Origin: an uncultured Melioribacter sp.
GTDB lineage: Bacteria; Bacteroidota; Ignavibacteria; Kapaibacteriales; Kapaibacteriaceae
Direction: 5' to 3'
NCBI GenBank assembly: GCA_964393485.1
Contig: CAYMTW010000003.1
Span: 13,773-77,772, forward strand
Length of the DNA stretch: 64,000 bases
Part shown: piece by piece, positions 27,914 to 36,183 of the stretch
How the letters are laid out: each line of letters starts with the position of its first letter
Position numbering within the stretch: the first letter of the stretch is position 1
Made by a program: the position numbers and the translations under genes
Notes under the pieces: model-generated
What the model saw: the letters and a program-made list of their open reading frames with translations, nothing else
The model's database searches: none
What the model was told of the DNA's origin: nothing

Positions 27914-28360
27914 TTAGTGCTCAAGACGGACGGAAAGGACCGGACAGGGGGCTTTGCGGAGCACGCGCTCCGTGGTACTTCCGAAGAGAAAGTGTTCAAG
28001 TCCGCCCCTTCCATGGGTGCCGATGGCAACGATGCTGGCGTTATGGTCCTTGGCATACGCACAGATCTCTTCGCTGGCGCGTCCGCGCAGAACAGCCGTC
28101 TCAACCCGATACCCTTCCTTCTGCAGTGTATCGGCCAACCCATTGAGCTCCTTCTGTGTGTTGGCCTCAAGTTCGCGCTCGAGATCAGCAAACCCGACCT
28201 GAGCATAACTCCAGTCGGCCGGGTACACCACGGGCTCTACGACGTGGATCAGATGCAGGGTGGCATTGGTGCCACGCGCGATCTCCTTCGCCAGATCGAG
28301 GGCCTTTTGTGCATTCTCGGAGAAGTCTGTAGGAACGAGGATCGACGAGACCGTAAACAT
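27914..28360 (-). CDS. Universal stress protein (UspA family)
   Basis: ILVPTDFSE, HLIHVVEP, IVAIGTHGRGGLEHFLFGSTTERVLRKAPCPVLSV. Start moved from 28432 to M25 (cat 28358..28360). Confidence 0.88.
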   Translation of the reverse strand: MFTVSSILVPTDFSENAQKALDLAKEIARGTNATLHLIHVVEPVVYPADWSYAQVGFADLERELEANTQKELNGLADTLQKEGYRVETAVLRGRASEEICAYAKDHNASIVAIGTHGRGGLEHFLFGSTTERVLRKAPCPVLSVRLEH

Positions 28361-28375
28361 GGCTTTTGGTAGTTT

Positions 28376-31183
28376 GTGACTATGCATCGCAATGTAGCAA
28401 ACCCACTGATACCCGCGCGCCGGGGCGAACACGGCATCACTGCATCACTGTTTCTTTCGTTGCTTTTTGCAACAGTGCTCATCGCCTGGCCCACACCACT
28501 GATGAGTCAGACGGCATCAACTGGCATTGGAGCATGGTCGATCGTGGGACCCTTTGCCAACGCCGGTGGCATGGGGATACAGCGTCTGACTCCGCCCGAA
28601 CTGGCTGACGACACGGCCACGACCTTCGAGAACATGTGGGGTGGGCGCGCTCGCTGGAACGCGCATCACGCCACGGACCTTTTCGGCTGGGTCAACCTCT
28701 CGGGTCACGTACCCGAAACGTCCTGCCTCTTCCTTGCCCGCACTTACATCAACTCTCTTGCTCGGCAACGCGTCCACCTGCGCTTCGGCCTGATCGGTTC
28801 AGCCCGTCTGTACCTGAATGACTCGCTCATTCTGGCCGTTGATGATGACGTCTTCGCGCGCTCGACGTCGATGACCGTCTCCTGCATGCTGGCCCGGGGC
28901 TGGAACAAGCTACAGTTGCGTATCGGCCGGGATGTGATGCCACTGCTGTCGTTTGCTCTGAGCATTGAGGACACGACGGGAAGCCCCCTTACCGGACTTA
29001 CCGTATCGACGGCCCCTCGCCCACGCCTCGTCTCCAACCCGGAAGCACGCATTGCCGAGCGTCGCACGCAGGAGATCGACACCACGTTTCAGCGTAACGA
29101 CAACATCCTGCGGGCGCTGCGCACGGCGGCCGATCAGGACACCTTGGGTGTAGCGTGGATGTGCCGACGTGCCCAGGAGCGTCTCGACGCTAATGATGCC
29201 GTCGGTGCCAGCTCTTACGCCGTGCGTGCACTCGACATCGTTCAGGAACATGCGCCCGCATGGCACCTCAGGGGGCTTGCGTATCACCGGCGCGGTAGTA
29301 GCGACTCCGCGCGTCTGTGCATCGATCGCGCATTGGAGATCGACCCTGGAATGCCGGAAGTGTGGCATAGCGTGTTCAATGTCCTCAGGCGTGCCAATCC
29401 GCTGGACGAGATCGGACGCGTGGACCTGGACAGTACAGCCAATGGTGCCGCCCGCGAACCTCTCAGTGATTCACTCACACTGGAGACGATCTTTGCCGAT
29501 GTGCAGCAGGCTGTCCTGGCCGGCAGCACGGTCCTAAAGCGCATCCGAAACGTTATCCGCATCCACCGGATCGACTCAATCGTGCCCCTTCCAATGCCGG
29601 CGCGATTTCCTGCGGGCACGCTCGGACGTCAGGAGCTGGTAATCGTATCCGGCGGCGGATCACAGCGCATGATCGACATGCTCGATTCTACGGCATCACT
29701 CAGCGACGTGACCGCCGGTGACGTGCTCATCTACACGGCCGAGCGGATCGTTCGCGACTCGGCGTTTCCGAACTATGCCTATGCCGGCATGGGATTCTCG
29801 GTGGCAAGCCCCGTGCGTCGTGCCCGCTTATGTGTGATCGTTCCACCGTCGGCCTACTACCAGTTTTACACCCACAACTATGCACCCGAGTACTCAGATC
29901 GTGAAGTCAGCGGCGGCACGCTGTTCACCTGGGAGTCCAGCCATGTACCTGCCATGGTGCCCGAACCATCCATGCCCCCTGAGGAGCATTTTGTTCCGCG
30001 GGTTGAGTTTGGAACATTTCCCAACTGGCGGGTCATCAACACGTACGTTGAAGATTGCTATGCACGACGACGGCAGCCATGCGACGAGCTACGAGCGGTT
30101 GTTGAACGGCTGCTTCCATCCGGCGTAAAGTGGACGAAAGAGATCGTGGCACAAACGGTTTCACGCTTTGTGATCGACTCGATCACCTTGATTAGTGACG
30201 GTGCTTCTCTGACTGCTCCACGGCGTGCGTGTGATGTACTCCAGCTGCGAACCGGATCAGTCGCTGACAAAGTCGTTCTGGCTGCAACCATGATGGCGGA
30301 ACGGGGCATAGAAGCTGTTCCCACGCTGGTCAACACCCAGGCGTCCACCACCTACAAGGAGCCGGTTCCGTCGTTTCCGTTCGATCATGTGATCCTGGTA
30401 CTACCGGGAGAAACGCGCGCTCACATGATCGACCTGGCCGCACGAACTCTACCATTCGGCATGGTTCCGCGGAACATTGAGGATCGATTTGCAGCCCCTA
30501 TCGGGGATCGCATGCGAGACCCCGTTCGACTGCACAAGCGCTACATCAACCGACGAGAGTTCCATACCACCTCGCGCCTGGTGTTTTCTGATGCACGCAT
30601 CGCGCAGGGTGAATTCACGATTCGATCGTCCGATTTCGATTCTGCCTCAGCGATCATGATGCGGCAGATGTTTGCGAGCTCGAGTTTGCCCGATAGCCCT
30701 CCAGCGTATGATTCGGCATGGATCACGCCCACAAAGCAGAATCCGGAAACACCAACGATCCACATGCGCGGTCGGGTGCAGGTCACGTCTGACTCCAGTG
30801 CAGACACAATCGTGGTTCGTCCGCAGTGGATGAATATGCCTTGCTATCAGATGGCACCGTACGATCTGGAACAGCGTACGTTCCCTCTCGACCTCGCCGC
30901 CGACTATGACTCGGTCACCTCTGAGATCATTGTCGTGCCGCCAAAGGGCTACAATTTCGTGAAGCCTCCGGATAGGGTGGGCGTAAAGCTTCCATCGATC
31001 AGCTACACCTATTCTGCTGCGATGCAGGGAAAGAACCTGCGCCTTCAGCGTAGCATCATCGTACACAAAGGTCTGGTTGAACCGGCCGACTATCCAGAGT
31101 TCCGTAGGGCGCACCGCACCATGCTGAGTACCGACATGGCCCCGGTGATCATGGTTCGACAAGGTGTGGGATCACGACGATGA
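28376..31183 (+). CDS. 935-aa exported DUF3857 / transglutaminase-like / DUF3858-type protein with TPR-like segment
   Basis: Hydrophobic N-terminus. TPR-like AWHLRGLAYHRRGSSDSARLCIDRALEIDPGMPEVWHSV. EPSMPPEEHFVPRVEF, then LRTGSVADKVVLAATMMAERGIEAVPTLVNT and FPFDHVILVL..HMIDLA match the DUF3857 + transglutaminase-core layout. GTG 28376 or ATG 28382. Confidence 0.5.
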   Translation: MTMHRNVANPLIPARRGEHGITASLFLSLLFATVLIAWPTPLMSQTASTGIGAWSIVGPFANAGGMGIQRLTPPELADDTATTFENMWGGRARWNAHHATDLFGWVNLSGHVPETSCLFLARTYINSLARQRVHLRFGLIGSARLYLNDSLILAVDDDVFARSTSMTVSCMLARGWNKLQLRIGRDVMPLLSFALSIEDTTGSPLTGLTVSTAPRPRLVSNPEARIAERRTQEIDTTFQRNDNILRALRTAADQDTLGVAWMCRRAQERLDANDAVGASSYAVRALDIVQEHAPAWHLRGLAYHRRGSSDSARLCIDRALEIDPGMPEVWHSVFNVLRRANPLDEIGRVDLDSTANGAAREPLSDSLTLETIFADVQQAVLAGSTVLKRIRNVIRIHRIDSIVPLPMPARFPAGTLGRQELVIVSGGGSQRMIDMLDSTASLSDVTAGDVLIYTAERIVRDSAFPNYAYAGMGFSVASPVRRARLCVIVPPSAYYQFYTHNYAPEYSDREVSGGTLFTWESSHVPAMVPEPSMPPEEHFVPRVEFGTFPNWRVINTYVEDCYARRRQPCDELRAVVERLLPSGVKWTKEIVAQTVSRFVIDSITLISDGASLTAPRRACDVLQLRTGSVADKVVLAATMMAERGIEAVPTLVNTQASTTYKEPVPSFPFDHVILVLPGETRAHMIDLAARTLPFGMVPRNIEDRFAAPIGDRMRDPVRLHKRYINRREFHTTSRLVFSDARIAQGEFTIRSSDFDSASAIMMRQMFASSSLPDSPPAYDSAWITPTKQNPETPTIHMRGRVQVTSDSSADTIVVRPQWMNMPCYQMAPYDLEQRTFPLDLAADYDSVTSEIIVVPPKGYNFVKPPDRVGVKLPSISYTYSAAMQGKNLRLQRSIIVHKGLVEPADYPEFRRAHRTMLSTDMAPVIMVRQGVGSRR

Positions 31184-31986
31184 CCTCGCCGTTTCCTCAG
31201 CGTGTGGTGTGCCTAACAGAGGAAAGCACTGAAACTCTCTATGCCATTGGTGCCGACGATCTGATCGTCGGCATCTCCGGCTTCACGGTCCGCCCGCCCC
31301 ATGCCCGCAAGGAAAAGCCTAAGGTCTCGACGTACCTCGACGCAAAGTTCGACGAGATCCTTGCGCTGCGTCCTGACGTGGTCTTTACATGGTCCGACCT
31401 TCAGGCAGACATCTCAGCCGAGCTGATCCGTCGCGGCGTTGAGGTTGTCTGCTTCAATCACCGCTCGGTTGATGGAATCCTGGCCATGATCGCCCGTATG
31501 ACGTCGTTTGTGGGAAGGGGCTCTGCCGGACACTCCTACATGCTGTCGCTACAGGAGCGTGTTGGTGAGATGGCCGAGCGCGGCGCACGCCGCAGCATCC
31601 GTCCACGCGTCTATTTCGAAGAATGGTATGACCCGCTGATTAGCGGCATCTGCTGGGTAAGCGAGATCATCGAGATCTGTGGAGGCATGGATGTCTTCGC
31701 TGAAAATCGCGTGCATCAGGATGCTAAGGGGCGCATCATCGGCGATTCGATGGAACCCGTCAGACGTAATCCCGACATCATGATCGCCTCCTGGTGCGGT
31801 AAGATGCTCAAACCCGAACGCGTTCAGGCACGTCCAGGCTGGGAAGCCATGCGCCCCCTTTCAACTGGCTTTCTGCGGGAGATACCCTCCCCTGTTATTC
31901 TTCAGCCGGGTCCGGCCGCCCTTACCGACGGTATCGAAGCCGTAATGTCCATCCTTGACGACTGGGAAAGGTCTGGACGTCCATGA
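31180..31986 (+). CDS. TroA/BtuF-like (Peripla_BP_2 fold) binding protein without signal peptide
   Basis: RVVCLTEESTETLYAIGADDLIVGIS and ILALRPDVVFTW. No N-terminal hydrophobic segment. ATGA overlaps at both ends. Confidence 0.6.
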   Translation: MTSPFPQRVVCLTEESTETLYAIGADDLIVGISGFTVRPPHARKEKPKVSTYLDAKFDEILALRPDVVFTWSDLQADISAELIRRGVEVVCFNHRSVDGILAMIARMTSFVGRGSAGHSYMLSLQERVGEMAERGARRSIRPRVYFEEWYDPLISGICWVSEIIEICGGMDVFAENRVHQDAKGRIIGDSMEPVRRNPDIMIASWCGKMLKPERVQARPGWEAMRPLSTGFLREIPSPVILQPGPAALTDGIEAVMSILDDWERSGRP

Positions 31987-32633
31987 AGCATGTGCTTGCC
32001 GAAGGCGAAACATTTGATGCCGCGATCCTGCTCAACGGGATCCTTCCCGACAGGTGGGTGCTTGAGCTTGTATCGTCCGTACCATTCATTGCGGCCGACG
32101 GTGCAGCCAACGTGCTGATGGAAATGGGGATTATACCCGACATTCTTTCGGGTGACCTTGACTCCGTGCATCCTGAGGTCATCGATGCTGTCCGGCAGCA
32201 CGGCATGGTAATTGCCGACCCCGATCAGGAGATCAACGACTTTGAAAAGGCACTGCGTGTTGCTGCTTCGTCGCATTGGAACACCGTCCTGGTAGCGGGC
32301 ATCCATGGCGGCGAACTTGAGCACACGCTCAACAACTGGTCTGTGCTGATGCGTTATGGTCGATCGATGAACCTTTACGCACTCGACGGACATCGCATCG
32401 CATCGCCGGTGTATGAGGCGTTCTCCTATACCGCCGAGGTCGGCGAGATCATCTCGGTCATCCCACAGCCGCGCGCGCGCTTGACAACCAGCGGCCTTCA
32501 CTGGCCCCTTACTGACGAGGTTCTCGAGCTGGGTATGCGCGAGGGGGCCCGCAACCGCGCCATTCATTCCGACGTGTCGATCACGGTCCATGAAGGTTCA
32601 GCCCTGGTCTTCGTTGCCAGTCGCATTAGCTGA
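31983..32633 (+). CDS. thiN: Thiamine pyrophosphokinase
   Basis: AILLNG, FIAADGAAN, GDLDSV, PDQEINDFEKAL, IHGGELEHTLNN in TPK order. Confidence 0.7.
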   Translation: MKHVLAEGETFDAAILLNGILPDRWVLELVSSVPFIAADGAANVLMEMGIIPDILSGDLDSVHPEVIDAVRQHGMVIADPDQEINDFEKALRVAASSHWNTVLVAGIHGGELEHTLNNWSVLMRYGRSMNLYALDGHRIASPVYEAFSYTAEVGEIISVIPQPRARLTTSGLHWPLTDEVLELGMREGARNRAIHSDVSITVHEGSALVFVASRIS

Positions 32634-32664
32634 GCGATGCGGTGCAAAGCCGTAGTTTTGCGCC

Positions 32665-33399
32665 ATGCGAAGAGACATTACTTCGTGGCATAGCCCACGC
32701 CTCGACAAGACCATGGAGATCTGCACCTATGGTCATTTTGGCACGCCCATCCTGATGTTCCCGAGTGCCGCTGCCGACTATCTCGAGTATGAGCGGTTTC
32801 ATTTGATCGATAGCGTTAAAGAGCCCCTTGAGCAGGGCCGGATCAAGATCTTCTCGATCAACAGCATCAACAGCGAGGCCTGGCTCAACGATCTAATGGA
32901 AGGACGTCAGAAAGCCATCCGCCATCAGCAGTACAATGCCTACATCGTTGATGAGGTGGTGCCGTTCATTCACAACGATTGCGGCGGAGCACTACCGATC
33001 CTTACCTCCGGCGTTTCCCTTGGTGCCCTGCATGCCGTCAACACCATGTTCCGACGTCCGGATTTGTTCAGCGGCACCCTTGCTATGAGTGGCATCTACG
33101 ACCTCAAGGCCTACACGCAGGGCTACTTCGACGAGGACTGCTACTTCAACTCGCCAATGGATTATCTGCCCAATCTCAAGGAAGGGGCTATCCTGGATCT
33201 GCTTCGCACTGATAAACACATACACATCGCAACCGGCAGCGGCGCCTACGAAGATCCATCGGCCAGTGTCCTCTTTGGTGAGGTCCTCAGTGCCCTTTCA
33301 ATCCCCCACACCATCGATGTGTGGTCAAATGAGTGGACCCATGACTGGCCCACCTGGCGGGCAATGTTGCCGGCAATGGTAGCCAGGTGTGAGGTGTGA
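32665..33399 (+). CDS. Esterase-family (esterase D / putative esterase) hydrolase
   Basis: TYGHFGTPILMFPSAAADY and nucleophile elbow GVSLGALHAVN. The last codons and the stop lie in repeat locus B. Confidence 0.6.
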   Translation: MRRDITSWHSPRLDKTMEICTYGHFGTPILMFPSAAADYLEYERFHLIDSVKEPLEQGRIKIFSINSINSEAWLNDLMEGRQKAIRHQQYNAYIVDEVVPFIHNDCGGALPILTSGVSLGALHAVNTMFRRPDLFSGTLAMSGIYDLKAYTQGYFDEDCYFNSPMDYLPNLKEGAILDLLRTDKHIHIATGSGAYEDPSASVLFGEVLSALSIPHTIDVWSNEWTHDWPTWRAMLPAMVARCEV

Positions 33400-33525
33400 G
33401 GTTTGGGGTTTGGGGTGTGGGGTGTGAGGTTCCGTACCTCCGCAACTCTCTACCCCCGTAACTCCGTAATTCCGTAATTCCGTAATTCCGTAATTCCGTA
33501 CCTCCGTAATTCCGTAATTCCGTCC
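33387..33525 (+). repeat. Composite repeat locus B: six GT-rich heptamers + twelve TCCGTAAY-type octamers
   Basis: 33387..33428 reads GTGTGAG GTGTGAG GTTTGGG GTTTGGG GTGTGGG GTGTGAG. After a GT junction (33429..33430), octamers run from 33431: TCCGTACC TCCGCAAC TCTCTACC CCCGTAAC TCCGTAAT x4 TCCGTACC TCCGTAAT x2 TCCGTCC. The array fills the whole gap between two convergent genes. Confidence 0.95.
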
Positions 33526-33764
33526 TATCCTTCCATTTCATCAAAATCGATGTCATCGTCATCGAACGAGCCGCCGCCGATCTCGCCATCGCTCGATGCT
33601 GCGTCATAGATCTCGCGGGCTTCATCGAGATCATCTTCGAAGACGGACAGTTTGTAGCCGTCGGACTGACTATCTTGAAGTTTATAGTCTATCCCTGCAG
33701 CTTTCAGTTTTGAAGCTAGCAATTGGGCTTCGAGTTCGCTGGTAAATGTTGCTAGAAGGATCAT
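33525..33764 (-). CDS. Small acidic protein, DUF2007-like
   Basis: 79 aa. MILLATFTSELEAQLLASKLKAAGIDY resembles DUF2007. Asp/Glu-rich tail. Confidence 0.45.
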   Translation of the reverse strand: MILLATFTSELEAQLLASKLKAAGIDYKLQDSQSDGYKLSVFEDDLDEAREIYDAASSDGEIGGGSFDDDDIDFDEMEG

Positions 33765-33776
33765 TTCGTCACCTAC

Positions 33777-34412
33777 TCATTTCTTTGGCTGCAGAAACTT
33801 CTTCGCCTTTTCAGGGTTGGCCTGCATCCATTGCTGGGCTTCCTGATTGACGATCTCAAAAGTACGTTTTTGGTGTGCTTGCTTGAGCTCCGACGTAGGC
33901 TGGGCAAAAGACCAGATCATGCACCAGTTATTGCTCACGAGTAGGTCATCCTTCGTGTCAGAGCCGAGGACCTTTTCATCCTTACCGTAAAGAACTCGGC
34001 AGATGGCTTTACGCGCATCGTCCGGAAGTGGCTTTGACCAGCGGAAGTAGAGAATCACCCCGCCTTGCTTGCCTTTGTATGCCTGGATAAACTTCTGTGT
34101 TGGGGCCGCAAACTCCGGAAGCACCTTTTCCCACTTCGTCCAGAGTTTCTGTGCAGCAGGTGTAGCCGGCTTAACGCTTGCGGATTCCGTGTATCCGGAC
34201 GGTTGCTCACCCGGTACAAACTGAAAGCGCTCAAACGTCAGCGGGATCTCCCGGGACAAACCTGAAAAGTCATACCGGGTGGTTACTTCCTTGATCGTAA
34301 CATCTTTGCCAAGCGACTTTGTGATCTGGTCCTTCAAAGCCGAGCTCTGGCCGTAGGCTGAGATGGCAGCGAAGAGGATCGCAACGACAAGACAGAACCG
34401 CAATGATGGCAT
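33777..34412 (-). CDS. Secreted hypothetical protein (211 aa)
   Basis: Start moved from 34616 to M69 (cat 34410..34412). This gives signal peptide MPSLRFCLVVAILFAAISAYGQ and removes a ~200-nt overlap with ettA. No family recognised. Confidence 0.5.
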   Translation of the reverse strand: MPSLRFCLVVAILFAAISAYGQSSALKDQITKSLGKDVTIKEVTTRYDFSGLSREIPLTFERFQFVPGEQPSGYTESASVKPATPAAQKLWTKWEKVLPEFAAPTQKFIQAYKGKQGGVILYFRWSKPLPDDARKAICRVLYGKDEKVLGSDTKDDLLVSNNWCMIWSFAQPTSELKQAHQKRTFEIVNQEAQQWMQANPEKAKKFLQPKK

Positions 34413-34413
34413 A

Positions 34414-36096
34414 TCAATCACGAGTGAGTTTGCGGTATGATATACGATGTGGACGGTCAGCCTCGATGCCCAGGCGCTTGCGACGGTCTTCCTCGTACTG
34501 CGAGTAGTTTCCATCGAACCACACCACCTGACTGTCACCTTCAAAGGCCAGGATATGCGTGGCGATCCGGTCCAGGAACCACCGGTCGTGGCTGATGACC
34601 ACAGCGCAGCCGGCAAAGCCCAGGAGGGCTTCCTCGAGAGCTCGGAGCGTGTTCACATCAAGGTCATTTGTCGGTTCGTCCAGCAGGAGAACATTGGCCC
34701 CCTCTTTGAGCATTTTGGCCAGGTGGACGCGGTTACGTTCTCCACCCGAGAGCTGCGTGACCTTCTTTTGCTGATCGCTACCACTGAAGTTGAAACGTGC
34801 CACGTAGGCACGAGAATTCACTTCGCGTGACCCCAGCTGTACAACATCAAGACCGTCGGAGATCTCTTCCCAGATGGTCTTGTTCGGATCCAGTGGCCGA
34901 TTCTGATCGATATAGCCCAGCTTGACGGTGTCCCCGATGGAGAAGGAGCCCGCATCGGGGTGGAGTTGATCTGCGATCATCTTGAAGAGCGTGGTCTTAC
35001 CGGCACCGTTCGGACCGATGATGCCAATGATACCGCCCGGTGGTAGGGAAAACGATAAGTGTTCGTAGAGAAGTTTATCACCAAACGACTTGGACACATC
35101 GACAGCATCAACGACCTTGTCACCCAGGCGCGGTCCAGCTGGAATGAAGATCTCCATTTCCTCGTTTCGCTTGATGGATTCTTCTTCGAGCATCTTCTCA
35201 TACGCCGAGATACGCGCCTTGCTCTTGGCATGACGTCCCTTGGGGTTCATCCGAACCCACTCAAGCTCTTCCTTCAGGGCCTTCTGACGCTTTGATTCCT
35301 GCTTCTCTTCCTGGGCAAGGCGTGCCTGTTTCTGTTCCAGCCAGTTCGTGTAATTACCCTCGAACGGAATTCCATGGCCGTTGTCGAGCTCAAGGATCCA
35401 CCCGGCAACGTTGTCAAGGAAGTACCGGTCGTGCGTCACAGCAATGACCGTGCCTTCGTAGTCGTGCAGGTGGCGCTCAAGCCAACCCACACTCTCGGCA
35501 TCAAGGTGGTTGGTCGGTTCATCCAGCAGGAGCACGTCTGGCTTCTGTAGCAGCAACCGTACCAGCGCTACGCGACGTCTCTCACCGCCGGAGATCACAT
35601 TGATCGGTGTGTCAGGGGGCGGACAGCGCAGAGCATCCATAGCCATTTCGAGCTTCGAGTCAATGTCCCATGCTCCCATGGCATCGATCTTTTCCTGAAG
35701 CTTGGCCTGCTTATCCAGCAGCTTATCAAAGTCCGCATCGGGATCGGCGAACTGCTCGCTGATAGCGTTGTAGTCCTTGAGAAGCTGCACAGCTTCCTGA
35801 GCACCCTCCTCAACGATCTCTCGTACAGTTTTGTTCGGGTCGAGTTCGGGCTCCTGGGACAGGTACCCGAAAGTGACATCTTTGTTCTTTGTGATCTGCC
35901 CGACGTACTCGTCATCGAGTCCGGCAATGATCTTCAAAAGCGTTGACTTTCCGGACCCATTCAAGCCCAAAACGCCGATCTTGGCGCCGTAAAAGAAGCT
36001 TAGGTAAATGTCGCGTAAAACTTGACGGTTGGGCTTATAGACCTTGCCCACCCCGACCATGCTAAAGATGATTTTCTGGATTTCTGGTTGTGCCAT
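34414..36096 (-). CDS. ettA: Energy-dependent translational throttle protein EttA (ABC-F)
   Basis: Collinear with E. coli EttA over the full length. Two cassettes (GLNGSGKST / LSGGERRRVAL; GPNGAGKTT / LSGGERNRVHL). Confidence 0.93.
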   Translation of the reverse strand: MAQPEIQKIIFSMVGVGKVYKPNRQVLRDIYLSFFYGAKIGVLGLNGSGKSTLLKIIAGLDDEYVGQITKNKDVTFGYLSQEPELDPNKTVREIVEEGAQEAVQLLKDYNAISEQFADPDADFDKLLDKQAKLQEKIDAMGAWDIDSKLEMAMDALRCPPPDTPINVISGGERRRVALVRLLLQKPDVLLLDEPTNHLDAESVGWLERHLHDYEGTVIAVTHDRYFLDNVAGWILELDNGHGIPFEGNYTNWLEQKQARLAQEEKQESKRQKALKEELEWVRMNPKGRHAKSKARISAYEKMLEEESIKRNEEMEIFIPAGPRLGDKVVDAVDVSKSFGDKLLYEHLSFSLPPGGIIGIIGPNGAGKTTLFKMIADQLHPDAGSFSIGDTVKLGYIDQNRPLDPNKTIWEEISDGLDVVQLGSREVNSRAYVARFNFSGSDQQKKVTQLSGGERNRVHLAKMLKEGANVLLLDEPTNDLDVNTLRALEEALLGFAGCAVVISHDRWFLDRIATHILAFEGDSQVVWFDGNYSQYEEDRRKRLGIEADRPHRISYRKLTRD

Positions 36097-36109
36097 GCCG
36101 CAAAAATAG

Positions 36110-36183
36110 GTTTTAGGTGTGAGGTGTGGGGTGTGGGGTTCCCTCCGTAACTGAGTAACTCAGTAATTCCGTAACTCAGCAAT
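36110..36183 (+). repeat. Composite repeat locus C: four GT-rich heptamers + five TNNGTAAY octamers
   Basis: GTTTTAG GTGTGAG GTGTGGG GTGTGGG, then junction GTTCCC, then TCCGTAAC TGAGTAAC TCAGTAAT TCCGTAAC TCAGCAAT. Same order and GGGGTTCC junction as locus B. Confidence 0.9.

Noticed and set aside
31100-31200. Cobalamin or TPP riboswitch upstream of the BtuF-like and thiN genes
   Set aside because: Both genes start inside the preceding gene's stop codon (ATGA overlaps). This leaves no room for a leader RNA.
33401-33428. GT-rich heptamers (GGGGTTTGGGGTGTGGGG) as telomere-like repeats or a canonical G-quadruplex
   Set aside because: They are internal to a gene-dense bacterial segment. Only two or three GGGG runs occur per locus, which is short of the four needed for a canonical intramolecular G4. 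I kept this only as a testable side note.
33431-33525. Tandem arrays at 33431..33525 and 49779..49890 considered as CRISPR arrays
   Set aside because: The repeat unit is only 8 bp (7 bp in the GT blocks) and the units abut with no spacers. No cas genes are in the window. The repeats are far too short for CRISPR.
33287-33634. ORFs that translate the repeat loci (33287..33634, 36000..36182, 40924..41136, 19504..19704, 19607..19849, 19640..19909)
   Set aside because: Their open frames exist only because the 7/8-bp repeats lack stops in some frames (for example TELRNYGGTELRNYGITELRSYGG). They overlap real genes and have no start or leader context.
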